The notes under the pieces were generated by a model. It was not told where the DNA came from and ran no database searches. It saw only the letters and a list, made by a program, of their open reading frames with translations. A stretch of 64,000 bases of DNA from an uncultured Desulfobacteraceae bacterium (GTDB lineage: Bacteria > Desulfobacterota > Desulfobacteria > Desulfobacterales > Desulfosalsimonadaceae). This document shows positions 45,280 to 55,852 of this stretch, piece by piece. How positions within the stretch are numbered: position 1 is the stretch's first letter; each line of letters opens with the position of its first letter. Both the position numbers and the translations under genes were made by a program. The stretch is taken from positions 5,819 through 69,818 of the forward strand of contig CAZVFQ010000004.1 of the NCBI GenBank assembly GCA_964626455.1. Reading direction: 5' to 3'.

Positions 45280-46008
45280 TTAAGGGCTGACTTTAAGGCG
45301 CTGTCCAGTATAAATCACAGAATCCCTGTTAAGCCCGTTAATCTTCAGAAATGTTTCGAGCTTGATTCCATGTTTTTTTGCAATTGAATACATGGTGTCA
45401 TTTTTCCTGACAGTATAATACTGATCTGCTGATTCATCCGTGTCTGACTCCGCTGTTTTCTGTTTTTCGCTTTCCTTGCCTTCGGGAGCCGATTCCTCAC
45501 CGGTCCCGGATTGTACACCGGCGGTCAGTTGATGGCCCTGATACTGTTTTTCCAGCTTCTCGATCCTGGCTTCGAGAGTCTCCATTCTTTTAAGCGATTC
45601 GCGTGCATGCTCGTTGTTTTCAACCACGCGTCTTGCCAGTTCAGCCACACGCCCCATAAGCTGTTCATGATTTTCGTCAAGTTTTGTTTCCATTTCCGAA
45701 ATTGCGGATTCCAGACCTGTGAAATTCTCTGTTCCCGTCCCACTCGATCCCTTCTGAGAGGGGGCCTCCGGAAGATCTCCGGCATCTCCTATTTCCAGAG
45801 TTTTTTTGTTGGAAACGGTTTCCGAAGACTCGTCGCTTCCTGGCAGAAAGACCATTATGCCGCCAACCAGAAGAATCAACACCGCCACCCCTGTCAGCGC
45901 AAACCAGATGCTTTTCCGGCTTCCGTAAGAATTCCGGCCCTTTTTCCTGAGGTACGATCTTGGCGCTTCTTCAAATCCATCCTGGTTTTCATCTGCTTCA
46001 AAAACCAT
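45280..46008 (-). CDS. LysM-domain membrane protein with a coiled-coil region
   Basis: One TM segment (WFALTGVAVLILLVGGIMVFL), a coiled-coil middle, and a C-terminal LysM domain YYTVRKNDTMYSIAKKHGIKLETFLKINGL. Confidence 0.7.
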   Translation of the reverse strand: MVFEADENQDGFEEAPRSYLRKKGRNSYGSRKSIWFALTGVAVLILLVGGIMVFLPGSDESSETVSNKKTLEIGDAGDLPEAPSQKGSSGTGTENFTGLESAISEMETKLDENHEQLMGRVAELARRVVENNEHARESLKRMETLEARIEKLEKQYQGHQLTAGVQSGTGEESAPEGKESEKQKTAESDTDESADQYYTVRKNDTMYSIAKKHGIKLETFLKINGLNRDSVIYTGQRLKVSP

Positions 46009-46123
46009 AACTCCTCCTTTAACTGCAATGCCGGCTTGACCCGGCTGCTGTTTTTCAATATGGTATGTAAGGCCAAATAAAATGCTTTAAAATTTAATAC
46101 CACTAAATCCCGGGTTTATCCAA

Positions 46124-46378
46124 ATGAAAAAATATTCTCATGATTTTGTTGAAACATATGAAGGCCTTCTTGCCTTTGGATGGGATCGCCAAACAGACGA
46201 GCAGACCCTGATATGCTATCTGCAGATGCTCTCGGATGACAGGCTTATAAAAATTCTTGCATCCCGCATGAACGAGCACGAAATAGAGGAATTACACAAT
46301 ATTATTAATCGCCTCCTTAAAACCCATTTAAATGACGCAGAATACCACAGGCTGTTTTTAAAAGACAACACGCACTAA
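46124..46378 (+). CDS. Hypothetical small cytoplasmic protein
   Basis: 84-aa ORF in an otherwise empty gap with host-like composition. No recognisable motif. Confidence 0.4.
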   Translation: MKKYSHDFVETYEGLLAFGWDRQTDEQTLICYLQMLSDDRLIKILASRMNEHEIEELHNIINRLLKTHLNDAEYHRLFLKDNTH

Positions 46379-46396
46379 CAAAGGACTAAATGAGAA

Positions 46397-47596
46397 ATGC
46401 TAAAGGACCAATATCTGGACCGCTACGCGGATGTGCTGCTCTGGGGGCTCAATACGGCCAGAAAGGGCCGGCGGAAAAAAAGCGACATTATTCTGATCCG
46501 CTACGATCTGGCGGCCCTGCCTCTGGCAGAACGTTTATACGAAAAACTCCTCGCTGCCGGCCGACATCCCGTACAGCGGCTCATGCAGACATCCAACATG
46601 GAAAAACAGTTTTATGAGATTGCAAACAACCGCCAGCTCCGATTCATTGCTCCCGGCGAAAAGGAATTTTGCCAGGGTTTAAACGGAAGCATTGTCCTGC
46701 TGGCTCCTGAGTCAATTACTCATCTGTCCCATATTGATCCGTCAATCATAGGTAACTCATTAAAAGCGCGAAAACAGCTTCGTGACCTTCTGGACAAGCG
46801 CGAGGAAACAGGGGAATTCAGCTGGACACTTGCCATTTATCCCACTTCTGCCATGGCAAAACATGCAGGAATGCAGATTTCAGAATATAGTCGGGAGATA
46901 GTCAAGGCCTGCTTTATAAACCGCCGGGACCCGCTCGCCCACTGGCAGTCGGTTTACAGAAACGCGCAGAAAATCAAAAAATGGCTAAACAGCCTCCAGA
47001 TTCAAAGCATCCGCGTGGAATCAGAAAACCTGGATCTTAAAATCACACCCGGCCAAAAACGTCGATGGATAGGAATATCCGGCCACAATATCCCCAGCTT
47101 TGAAATCTTTCTGTCTCCTGACTGGCGGGGCACCCGCGGGGTTTATTTCGCGGATCAGCCCACATACAGAAGCGGCAACCTGGTTGAAAAGATCCGCCTT
47201 GAGTTTGACAAAGGAAAGGTTGTTTCAGCAGATGCCGAAACAGGCGGGGATTTTCTTCGCAAACAGGTGCAAATGGACAGGGGCTCGGATAAGATAGGCG
47301 AATTTTCCCTTACAGACAGGAGGTTTTCAAAAATAAGCCGTTTTATGGCAAACACACTCTATGATGAAAACTTTGGCGGAAAATACGGAAACTGCCATAT
47401 TGCCCTTGGCAGTTCCTATTCTGACACATACGCCGGAGATTCCGCAGATCTTACAAAATCTGCAAAAAAACAGCTCGGATTCAACGATTCGGCTCTTCAC
47501 TGGGACATTGTAAATACTGAGAAGAAACTCGTTACCGCACGCCTTGCAGAAGGCAAAAAAAAGATCATATATGAAAACGGTGAATTTAAAATTTAA
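46397..47596 (+). CDS. Aminopeptidase, peptidase M29 (AmpS/PepS) family
   Basis: C-terminal IGEFSLTD...TLYDENFGG..GNCHIALGSSY...ALHWDIV matches the M29 pattern. Confidence 0.75.
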   Translation: MLKDQYLDRYADVLLWGLNTARKGRRKKSDIILIRYDLAALPLAERLYEKLLAAGRHPVQRLMQTSNMEKQFYEIANNRQLRFIAPGEKEFCQGLNGSIVLLAPESITHLSHIDPSIIGNSLKARKQLRDLLDKREETGEFSWTLAIYPTSAMAKHAGMQISEYSREIVKACFINRRDPLAHWQSVYRNAQKIKKWLNSLQIQSIRVESENLDLKITPGQKRRWIGISGHNIPSFEIFLSPDWRGTRGVYFADQPTYRSGNLVEKIRLEFDKGKVVSADAETGGDFLRKQVQMDRGSDKIGEFSLTDRRFSKISRFMANTLYDENFGGKYGNCHIALGSSYSDTYAGDSADLTKSAKKQLGFNDSALHWDIVNTEKKLVTARLAEGKKKIIYENGEFKI

Positions 47597-47610
47597 GATC
47601 CCGGAAACCC

Positions 47611-48816
47611 ATGAATACGTCCCGCCCTCTATTACTTGACAACCCGGTACAGAAATATGCGTGGGGTTCAAAATCAGCCATCCAAAATCTGGTCGGCCTG
47701 GAGCCAGACGGCCATACCCCCTGGGCAGAGCTTTGGATGGGCGCCCATCCGAAATCTCCATCCCGGCTTGAAGTAAACGGGCAATGGATGGGCCTGGACC
47801 AGTGGATAAGCGAAAATCCCGGGGCAGTTCTCGGAAAATACGCAGCAGAAACCTTTGAAGCAACCCTGCCCTATTTGCTCAAGATCCTTGCAGCAGATCA
47901 GCCGCTTTCAATACAGGCTCATCCAGACCGCAAACATGCGCAGGAAGGCTTTAAAAGGGAAAACAGGCTTGGCATTCCTGTTGAAGCCCCGCACCGCAAC
48001 TACCGCGATCCATGGCCAAAGCCCGAGCTTATCTGCTCTATCAAGCCCTTCGGCGCCATGATAGGTTTTCGAAAACCTGATGAAATCAAGGAATTAATTA
48101 AACAGTTCTGCCCTGAAATGCTTGGCCCTGAGATCCGTATGCTCAAAGATCAGCCTGATGAAAACGGACTAAAAAATTTTTTTTATTCCATTATGACCAT
48201 GGAAAACACCAGGCGCAAAAAAGCCATTGGAGAGGCTATGGCACGCACCGAAAATCCATGCTCTTTGGAAGCAAACTGGATAAGGCGGCTTTACAAATTT
48301 TATCCGGAAGATATCGGTGTTTTGTCTCCAGCTTTTTTAAACCTTGTAACCATTGAACCCAATGAAGCTATCTTTCTTGCACCGGGCATTATTCATGCCT
48401 ATCTGTACGGCGTGGCAGTGGAAATCATGGCGAATTCAGACAATGTTCTGCGGGGCGGGCTGACGCAAAAACACATTGATCCAGAAGAACTCATGCGTGT
48501 TGTAAATTTTTCCCACGGTGCGGTGCAAAGAATCACGCCTCAGCCGGCAGGTCCGTGCGAGATGCGTTATTGTACCGACGCCCGGGAATTTGCCCTTTCC
48601 AGGCTGAAGATCAGCCGAAAAGACAAATGGCAGGCGCCCGGAATTCACAGTGCGGAAATTCTTTTTTGCATCAAGGGAGAGGCAAAAATTTTAATCAATG
48701 CAACAGATTTCTGCTTAAGCATAAAAGCAGGTCAGTCTGCGCTGGTTCCCGCTGCTGCGGGAAAGTATGAAATCATTGGCGAGGCTGTATTATACAGGGC
48801 CGGGGTTCGGCTATGA
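47611..48816 (+). CDS. manA: Mannose-6-phosphate isomerase, class I
   Basis: YAWGS, LSIQAHPD, YRDPWPKPEL, HAYLYG. Confidence 0.85.
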   Translation: MNTSRPLLLDNPVQKYAWGSKSAIQNLVGLEPDGHTPWAELWMGAHPKSPSRLEVNGQWMGLDQWISENPGAVLGKYAAETFEATLPYLLKILAADQPLSIQAHPDRKHAQEGFKRENRLGIPVEAPHRNYRDPWPKPELICSIKPFGAMIGFRKPDEIKELIKQFCPEMLGPEIRMLKDQPDENGLKNFFYSIMTMENTRRKKAIGEAMARTENPCSLEANWIRRLYKFYPEDIGVLSPAFLNLVTIEPNEAIFLAPGIIHAYLYGVAVEIMANSDNVLRGGLTQKHIDPEELMRVVNFSHGAVQRITPQPAGPCEMRYCTDAREFALSRLKISRKDKWQAPGIHSAEILFCIKGEAKILINATDFCLSIKAGQSALVPAAAGKYEIIGEAVLYRAGVRL

Positions 48817-49487
48817 ACTTCAATGCCGTACAGAAAAAGCCGGCTGTTTTATGCGTAAATGAAATATTTTACAGCATACAGGGTGAATCCCTGTATGCGG
48901 GAAGGCCTTGCGTTTTTGTCAGACTGGCCGGGTGCAACTTAAGATGTTCATATTGCGATACAAAATATGCATGGCATCAAGGCAGTGAAATGACAACAGA
49001 GGAAATCGTTGAGGCTGTAAAGCAGTACAGGTTTCCCCTGGCTGAAATAACAGGCGGCGAACCCCTCATGCAGGAAGGCACCCCGGGACTTGCAAAGCGG
49101 CTTTTAAATGAGAATATTAAAGTAATGATAGAGACAAACGGCACCTACCCGATTGACTGGCTTCCCGCCGGATGCGTAAGGATCATGGACATAAAATGCC
49201 CGGACAGCGGAGAAAGCCACAAAACAGACTTTGACAACATCGGGCGTTTGAGCGGATCAGACCAGGTAAAATTCGTGATCTGCAGCCGCAGCGACTACGA
49301 ATTTGCCCGAAGCATTATCGAGCGCTACTGGGCCGGGCGCCCGGCAAACCCGGTGCTGATATCACCTGCAGCAGGACTTGCAGATCCTTCAGAGGTGGCG
49401 GCCTGGATATTGGAAGACCGCCTGGATGCAAGGCTGCACCTGCAGCTTCACAAAATAATCTGGCCTGATGCCGGAAAGGGGGTTTGA
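48813..49487 (+). CDS. queE: 7-carboxy-7-deazaguanine synthase (radical SAM)
   Basis: SIQGES..AGRPCVFVRLAGCNLRCSYCDT. ATGA overlap with manA. Confidence 0.85.
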   Translation: MNFNAVQKKPAVLCVNEIFYSIQGESLYAGRPCVFVRLAGCNLRCSYCDTKYAWHQGSEMTTEEIVEAVKQYRFPLAEITGGEPLMQEGTPGLAKRLLNENIKVMIETNGTYPIDWLPAGCVRIMDIKCPDSGESHKTDFDNIGRLSGSDQVKFVICSRSDYEFARSIIERYWAGRPANPVLISPAAGLADPSEVAAWILEDRLDARLHLQLHKIIWPDAGKGV

Positions 49488-50204
49488 TTGAAAAATTCCG
49501 AAAATAAAGGACCTGATGCTGTGGTGCTGGTAAGCGGCGGGCTTGACTCGGCGGTCACGCTTGCGATCGCTGCAAATCAAGGCTATGTATGCCACAGCCT
49601 CAGTTTTGACTACGGCCAGCGCCATCATCTTGAACTTGCCGCAGCAGGAAAAATCTGCAAACTTTTAGAAGCGGCTGATCACAGGGTTGTGAGGATCGAT
49701 TTCGGCTTCATAGGAGGCTCCGCCCTGACAGCAGACATAGATGTTCCTAAAGGGACAAAAGGAAGACATAGCGATTCAGGAATTCCAGTGACATACGTGC
49801 CTGCAAGAAACACCATATTTCTCTCACTCGCCCTCGGCCTGGCCGAAGTCCTGCAGGCCGAAGACATATTTATCGGAGTAAATGCGGTGGATTACAGCGG
49901 ATATCCAGACTGCCGGCCTGAATACATACGGGCTTTTGAAAGCATGGCAAATCTTGCAACCAGAGCAGCGGTTGAAAAAAAACAGAAAATACGGATACGC
50001 ACCCCGCTCATTGATCTTTCCAAATCCGAGATAATCAAAAAAGGCACTGAACTTGGTGTTGATTTTTCCATTACCACCAGCTGCTACGATCCTTCGCCCG
50101 AAGGCATAGCCTGCGGTCTGTGCGATTCGTGCAGGATTCGCAAAAACGGATTTGCAAAAGCCGGCATTCCCGATCCTACAGTATATGCAAAAGAGCCGGA
50201 ATAA
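49488..50204 (+). CDS. queC: 7-cyano-7-deazaguanine synthase
   Basis: [12 protein letters not shown]-loop, C-terminal CGLCDSC zinc site. TTG start directly after the queE stop. Confidence 0.88.
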   Translation: MKNSENKGPDAVVLVSGGLDSAVTLAIAANQGYVCHSLSFDYGQRHHLELAAAGKICKLLEAADHRVVRIDFGFIGGSALTADIDVPKGTKGRHSDSGIPVTYVPARNTIFLSLALGLAEVLQAEDIFIGVNAVDYSGYPDCRPEYIRAFESMANLATRAAVEKKQKIRIRTPLIDLSKSEIIKKGTELGVDFSITTSCYDPSPEGIACGLCDSCRIRKNGFAKAGIPDPTVYAKEPE

Positions 50205-50316
50205 AACCTGAGTTTGAAGAAAAGCGGTGTGTCAGGACATTATATCCTGACTGATATTGTTTACTTTGGCAGTCAGTCGGCATAATTGGCGCCCTTTCGC
50301 ATTTTCAATGGCTTTT

Positions 50317-50841
50317 TTATCCTTCTTTGCCCGGCGGAACCACCAGTACCGGAATTTCGGCTTTTTCCAAAAGCCCCTTGACAGTGGAGCCCACTGACTG
50401 ACTTTTAAAGATTCCTTTCTTGGAACCTGCAACAATCAAATCGCACTCATTTTCCCCGGCCTGCTTTAAAATCGCCCTTACAAGCTCCTTGTCTGCGACC
50501 ACAAGGTGCTGCCAGTTGAACTCAAACTCATTGGGATCGACTCCGGCATCAAGACAGTATTGTTCTATTGCTTTCTGTCCCAGCTTTCCGGGCGTCATTT
50601 TCCCGATCAATGCCTCCTGGGCGTCTTTTTCGTGTTCTTGCTTGATTTTATCAAACTGATCCCTGCCAAGAGTTCTTTCCAGTTGTTTCTCTATATGGTC
50701 AGGAACGTCACTGTCCACCACATGGAGAAGAACAAGCCTGGCCTTATGATGGGCTGCCAGGTAAACCGAGGCTGTAAGGGCAGGCACGCAGGCCTGGGAA
50801 AGATTGGTTGCAAACAGTATGGATCGGATCGGTGTAGACAT
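50317..50841 (-). CDS. Universal stress protein family
   Basis: ILFATNLS...LVLLHVV...LIVAGSKK...VLVVP. Confidence 0.75.
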   Translation of the reverse strand: MSTPIRSILFATNLSQACVPALTASVYLAAHHKARLVLLHVVDSDVPDHIEKQLERTLGRDQFDKIKQEHEKDAQEALIGKMTPGKLGQKAIEQYCLDAGVDPNEFEFNWQHLVVADKELVRAILKQAGENECDLIVAGSKKGIFKSQSVGSTVKGLLEKAEIPVLVVPPGKEG

Positions 50842-50868
50842 GGCTGTTTCCTTTCTCCTTTAAGCGTT

Positions 50869-51900
50869 TCATGGCAAAGAGTTTATAAATAAGCGAAGAC
50901 GTTCGGCCCATTTGTCAGCATCAAGGCCGGAGGCCAGATGACCGTATTCGCTGTTTATCTCAAAATACCCGGCATCAACTCCCGCCTCTTCAAGCTTCTC
51001 CATTACCTCGGGCCCAAGGGAGGGCGGAAAAAGCTTATCGGTTTTAGACAATACATAAAGCACCTTCGCTTTAATCCTATTAAAATAAGGTTCAGTGTCA
51101 AAATTTTCAAGCGCCCGGCTTAAAATAACAAGCGAATTGGCATCAAATTCTTCGGCCCATGCGGCTGCCATTCGATATATTTCCTTCTGCCTTTCTTCAT
51201 GCTCAGCAATTTTCTGTTTGAGCCATTCCTCCAGCCCGTATCTTTCAAGCGTTTCCACCCGTATTTTTGCAAGCGTATCCCTAAGGCTGCCATGGTCATA
51301 GTAATCCCCATTGTTCCAGTCAGAATCCTGCTCCAGCCGCGAAACTATGGCCCGGGTCCTTGTGCCGTCAACCTTTGGCGCAGTCACCACAGGAACAATT
51401 CCGCTCATATAATCAGGAAAGGAAACCGCCCATTGGAAAGCCTGGTAACCTCCGTATGAAGGTCCGACAACAGCAACCAGATGCTCAACGCCCAGATCTT
51501 TAAGCAGACAATACTGGGAGGCCACTATATCTTTTACTGTAATGCGCGGAAAATCAGATCCGTATGGCTTGCCGGTTTCAGGATTAATGCCTGCAGCATT
51601 TGTGGAACCGTAAGATGAGCCCAGCATGTTCGGGCAGATCACAAAAAACCGATCTGTATCAATGGGTTTGCCCGGCCCTACCAGTTGGCTCCATCCACCC
51701 TCAAAACCCGCGGCAGAATCGCTGCCAGGCTCGATCATCTGCGGCCCGCTTGTATATCCGTGAGTGACCAGTACGGTATTGTTTCTGCCGTTTGGAGCCA
51801 TTTTTCCGAGTGTGCGGTAGGCTATTGTCACCTCTGGCATAACAGTGCCGTTTTCCAGTTGAAAATTCCGTAGCGTATGTTTCATCTCTTTACTCGTCAA
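50869..51900 (-). CDS. Alpha/beta hydrolase of the homoserine O-acetyltransferase (MetX) family
   Basis: LENG...VTIAYRTLG...VLVTHGYT...FFVICPNMLGS...VVGPSYGG nucleophile elbow. Confidence 0.7.
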   Translation of the reverse strand: MTSKEMKHTLRNFQLENGTVMPEVTIAYRTLGKMAPNGRNNTVLVTHGYTSGPQMIEPGSDSAAGFEGGWSQLVGPGKPIDTDRFFVICPNMLGSSYGSTNAAGINPETGKPYGSDFPRITVKDIVASQYCLLKDLGVEHLVAVVGPSYGGYQAFQWAVSFPDYMSGIVPVVTAPKVDGTRTRAIVSRLEQDSDWNNGDYYDHGSLRDTLAKIRVETLERYGLEEWLKQKIAEHEERQKEIYRMAAAWAEEFDANSLVILSRALENFDTEPYFNRIKAKVLYVLSKTDKLFPPSLGPEVMEKLEEAGVDAGYFEINSEYGHLASGLDADKWAERLRLFINSLP

Positions 51901-52561
51901 ATCCCCGCCAAATAGTTAAATTCTGTATCGACTCCCGCTCCGTTTGAATCCGGTTTGCCGGAAAATTCCAATCAGGATATCCTATGGCGATCGCCACTAC
52001 AACCTGTTTTGATTCGGCAAGCCCCGTAAATTTCCTTATAGCTTCAGCATACAAAACACCCTGGAGTTCTATGCATGTTCCCAGACCATAGTCTAAGGCT
52101 ACCAGACATATAGTCTGGGAAATAAGGCCAAGATCAAATAATGCATACTTTTTTTCCGCCATAACATCATCAAGGGTAAGTATGAGAGCAGCAGGTGCAT
52201 CAAAGAACCGCAGACCTTTTTTCATCCAATCTTCTCTTTTTTCGCGGTCTTCTCTTTTTATCTGCATAAGCTCAAAAAGCTGCTTTGCCAGTTCCACCTG
52301 ACGATCCCTGTAAACACCCTGATGCTTGTACTTCGATATTGAATCAGGCGCATGTCCTGAAGTATATTTTTCAACATATTCCTTTCGTATACTATCGAGA
52401 ACTTCGCCGGTTACAACCAGAAATTCCCACGGCTGGGTATTTAAGCCCGAAGGTGCACCCGTGGATATTTCAAGGATTTCCTCAAGAACGCGGCGCGGGA
52501 CCGGATCTTTTTTATATCCGCGTATGCTTTTTCTTTTTTTTACGCATTCTATGATATCCAT
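51890..52561 (-). CDS. Nitroreductase family protein
   Basis: MDIIECVKKRKSIRGYK...PSGLNTQPWEF. Start taken at MDII. Overlaps both neighbouring genes by a few nt. Confidence 0.8.
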   Translation of the reverse strand: MDIIECVKKRKSIRGYKKDPVPRRVLEEILEISTGAPSGLNTQPWEFLVVTGEVLDSIRKEYVEKYTSGHAPDSISKYKHQGVYRDRQVELAKQLFELMQIKREDREKREDWMKKGLRFFDAPAALILTLDDVMAEKKYALFDLGLISQTICLVALDYGLGTCIELQGVLYAEAIRKFTGLAESKQVVVAIAIGYPDWNFPANRIQTERESIQNLTIWRGFDE

Positions 52562-53736
52562 GCCTCTTCTTTTCCTTTCCCGTTTGGCTTCCTGATCAGT
52601 TCCACTGCCACAAAAGTGCTTAAAAACAAAATTATAGCCACGATATAAAATGCCCATGCAATACCCAGCAAATCCGTTAAAGCGCCCATGCCCATTGCCC
52701 CGAAAAACAGCCCCGCGCTCATTGCCATGTTAAACATGCCCATCATCGAGCCCTGCCCGTATATACGGCCCTGCTCCGTGGCCAATGCCCCGAGGGCAGG
52801 CCAAGAAATGGACTCTCCGAGCCCGATGAAGGCAAACAGTATTACCAGATTCGTAAAATTGCCGCCAAACGGCACGCCCAGCATGGCTACGCCTATAATC
52901 GTACTGCCGATAAAAATAAGTCTGTGCTTGTGCCATCTGTCTGCTATCTTTCCGAAAGGCGTCTGCAAAACAGCATTTACAAGTGTGCGGCTCGCCACAA
53001 CCACACCTATTTCAATGCCTCCAGCGTCCATGGTTTTTTCCATCAGCAAGGGCAGAAACGCCACTGTCGGTATCATGATCATCATAGTGGCCATCCTTGA
53101 AATCAAAATTCCTATTACCCGGCGGCTCTGGACCATTCTTTTGAATATGGAAAACATGGAGCCCTGGTTTTCTTTTGGTTTTGAGGCTGTCTGTTCCGGA
53201 AGGATAGCTGCCACAAGGATCAAAGACAGGAGACTTAGCAAAGCCATGGCGTAAAAAGCTGAATTCATCCCCCAAAAATCCAGGAAAAAACCACCCAATA
53301 CAGGTCCGCCTCCTATCCCGGTAAAAATCGAAATATGAAGCCACCCCATATATTTTCCTTCCTGGCCTTCCGGAGACATGTCGCCTATATAGGCCATGGC
53401 CATGGGAATAATCATTGCCGATCCCATACCGTGCACTATTCGGACAGCCACCAGATGCTCCACGGAAGTGGCCAGAGTGTAAGAATATCCCATGGCAGCA
53501 TATATGAAAAGCCCCGCAATCATGAACTGTTTTTTTCCATGCCGGTCTGCCAGGCCTCCGACTACCGGCTGCAGCAACCCTCTGCTTAAAGAAAAACCGG
53601 CCACGATAACGCCCAGGGCAAATCCGCTGGCACCGAGTTCTGTTGCATATATAGGCATTACAGGGGCTATAATGCCGATGCCGACCAGCGCGATAAATAC
53701 CGCTGATAAAATGGCTGCTAAAAGGTGAGTTTGCAT
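52549..53736 (-). CDS. MFS transporter
   Basis: 395 aa, about 12 hydrophobic segments, GGLADRHGKK loop motif. Confidence 0.8.
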   Translation of the reverse strand: MQTHLLAAILSAVFIALVGIGIIAPVMPIYATELGASGFALGVIVAGFSLSRGLLQPVVGGLADRHGKKQFMIAGLFIYAAMGYSYTLATSVEHLVAVRIVHGMGSAMIIPMAMAYIGDMSPEGQEGKYMGWLHISIFTGIGGGPVLGGFFLDFWGMNSAFYAMALLSLLSLILVAAILPEQTASKPKENQGSMFSIFKRMVQSRRVIGILISRMATMMIMIPTVAFLPLLMEKTMDAGGIEIGVVVASRTLVNAVLQTPFGKIADRWHKHRLIFIGSTIIGVAMLGVPFGGNFTNLVILFAFIGLGESISWPALGALATEQGRIYGQGSMMGMFNMAMSAGLFFGAMGMGALTDLLGIAWAFYIVAIILFLSTFVAVELIRKPNGKGKEEAWIS

Positions 53737-53886
53737 AAATGAATTCTGAAATAAAAAATGATCCCATGGCTACGGTTGTATCGCGAAATCAGATAATTAA
53801 GATTCAGCAAATAACACACATATCGTTGACCCGCAACAAGAAGCGCCTGAATACGCCCATTTGCGCTCTCGGCCGCCCGGTTCTTT

Positions 53887-55185
53887 TTACATAAACCCCG
53901 GAAGCCAAAGGGTTATTGAAGGAAAGGCCACCAGAATGGCTACAGTAACAATATCTGCAATCAAAAACGGGATGATGCCATAAAATAATTGTCCTATCTG
54001 CAACTCCGGACCAGCCACCCCTTTGACTATAAAGCAGATCATACCGATGGGAGGTGTAATCATTCCAATTTCCACGACCTTGACCAGCAGAATTCCGAAC
54101 CAGATTCCATCGATACCCAGTGCTTCAATAACTGGATAAATTATTGGGATAGTAAGCGCAATCATACCAACCGGGTCCAGAATGCAGCCAAGGAGAGTAT
54201 AAATAAAAAGAATGATTATAAGAATAAAGATAGGCAGCATATCCAGTCCTAAAAGGAAATCCCCGATTTGATTGGGCACCCGCGTAAATGCAACAAACTT
54301 TGCAAAAATAAATGCGCCCACCAATATAATAAAAATCATGGCACTTGCATTGGCTGTATCCTTCAATGCTTTCAACACTCCGGATTTTCTCCAGCCGACT
54401 TTGATCAGAGCAACAAGTAACGCGGCAAGAGCCCCCATGGCTCCGGCCTCTGATGGTGTGAAAACACCCAGAAACAAGCCGCCTATAATCACTATAAAAA
54501 TCACGGGAACCGCCCAAACGCCTTTTAATGACCGGATTTTTTCCTGAAGGCTGTAAGAAATCCTGCCCGGCCCCATGTGCGGAAAAACTAGCAGGGTTAA
54601 CCAGACCGCGCACAAATATATCCCTACTGAAATAATACCGGGAATAACAGCAGCCACAAGGAGCTTGCCTATGGAGACTTCGGTCAGGATTCCATAAAAC
54701 ACCAAAAGTGCACTCGGGGGTATAAGGGCAGCCTGTGTTCCGCCTGCAGCAATGGCTGCCGCGGATAAACCCGGGTTATATTTGTGCTCAATCAATCTGG
54801 GAAATGCTATGGAAGTAAATGTTGTTGCAGCAGCCACACTTGAACCTGAGCAGGCACCGAAAAGACCGACGCTTAATGTTGTGGCCATCAGCAATCCGCC
54901 CCGTATTTTGCCCATCCATTTCGAGGCAGCATCATACAGTTGAACAGCAACCCCGCTGTTGGCAATAAACATTCCCATGAGAATAAAAAGAGGCAGAACC
55001 GCAAGTTCATACTTTGCGGTGTGCGCCCAGGACACTGTTCCCAAAGTTGAAAAAGCACTTGGACCGATAATATACCAACTCCCTGCCAATCCAACTGCTG
55101 CCAAAGCAAATGCAATATGAACCCGCATAAAAATAAGGGTCAGCATAATTATAAAACCGATAATGCAGATATTAACAGGATCCAC
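53887..55185 (-). CDS. dctM: TRAP transporter large permease (DctM family)
   Basis: 432-aa polytopic membrane protein, adjacent to DctQ- and DctP-like genes. Confidence 0.85.
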   Translation of the reverse strand: MDPVNICIIGFIIMLTLIFMRVHIAFALAAVGLAGSWYIIGPSAFSTLGTVSWAHTAKYELAVLPLFILMGMFIANSGVAVQLYDAASKWMGKIRGGLLMATTLSVGLFGACSGSSVAAATTFTSIAFPRLIEHKYNPGLSAAAIAAGGTQAALIPPSALLVFYGILTEVSIGKLLVAAVIPGIISVGIYLCAVWLTLLVFPHMGPGRISYSLQEKIRSLKGVWAVPVIFIVIIGGLFLGVFTPSEAGAMGALAALLVALIKVGWRKSGVLKALKDTANASAMIFIILVGAFIFAKFVAFTRVPNQIGDFLLGLDMLPIFILIIILFIYTLLGCILDPVGMIALTIPIIYPVIEALGIDGIWFGILLVKVVEIGMITPPIGMICFIVKGVAGPELQIGQLFYGIIPFLIADIVTVAILVAFPSITLWLPGFM

Positions 55186-55218
55186 CAGCCACCCCCTCTG
55201 TTTTTTTAAGGCCAGTCC

Positions 55219-55731
55219 TCAAAGAACGACTGTATTATGCCTGCGGCTGAACCACGACTTTATTTTCACGATTGATCGAATGCAGTTTACTAAAACCTGT
55301 ATTGCAAAAAGCAGGGTGCCTATACAAATAACAAACTTGGACGGCCAGACCGGAAGTCTCATCATGCCGGGAAGATATTCCCCTTTGTCCCACGAATGCA
55401 CGGCAAGCTCCCACCACACCCATGTCATGAGTCCAAGTAAAATAATGCCTATAATCGAATCCAGAACATCAAAAACAGACCTCCACTTTTCACTGATTAA
55501 AGAAGAAATCAATTCCACCCGTATGTGAGAATCCTGGAGTTCGGTATTTGCCATAGGCAGAAACACAAATATGGGAATAAGAATGGTGACCAGATCTACA
55601 AGTCCTACAATTGGACTGTTGAAAAAATAACGGGCACAAACGTCAACAGAAATTGCAATCATTGCAACCCCCAGAAGGCCGCCGGACAACACTGAAAGCA
55701 TTGCGTTGAGTTTACTCCATATTTCCTTCAT
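55219..55731 (-). CDS. dctQ: TRAP transporter small permease (DctQ family)
   Basis: 170 aa, four TM segments, located between dctP and dctM. Confidence 0.8.
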   Translation of the reverse strand: MKEIWSKLNAMLSVLSGGLLGVAMIAISVDVCARYFFNSPIVGLVDLVTILIPIFVFLPMANTELQDSHIRVELISSLISEKWRSVFDVLDSIIGIILLGLMTWVWWELAVHSWDKGEYLPGMMRLPVWPSKFVICIGTLLFAIQVLVNCIRSIVKIKSWFSRRHNTVVL

Positions 55732-55852
55732 GGCACCCTCTCACCATGTTCCATGGGTTTCATTTTCTGCTTGAAACACCCGGCTTACCAGTTGTTTCAA
55801 GCAGATACCAGTTGACTTTACAGAAAGTACTTACGTAAAGCTGCTTGTAAAT

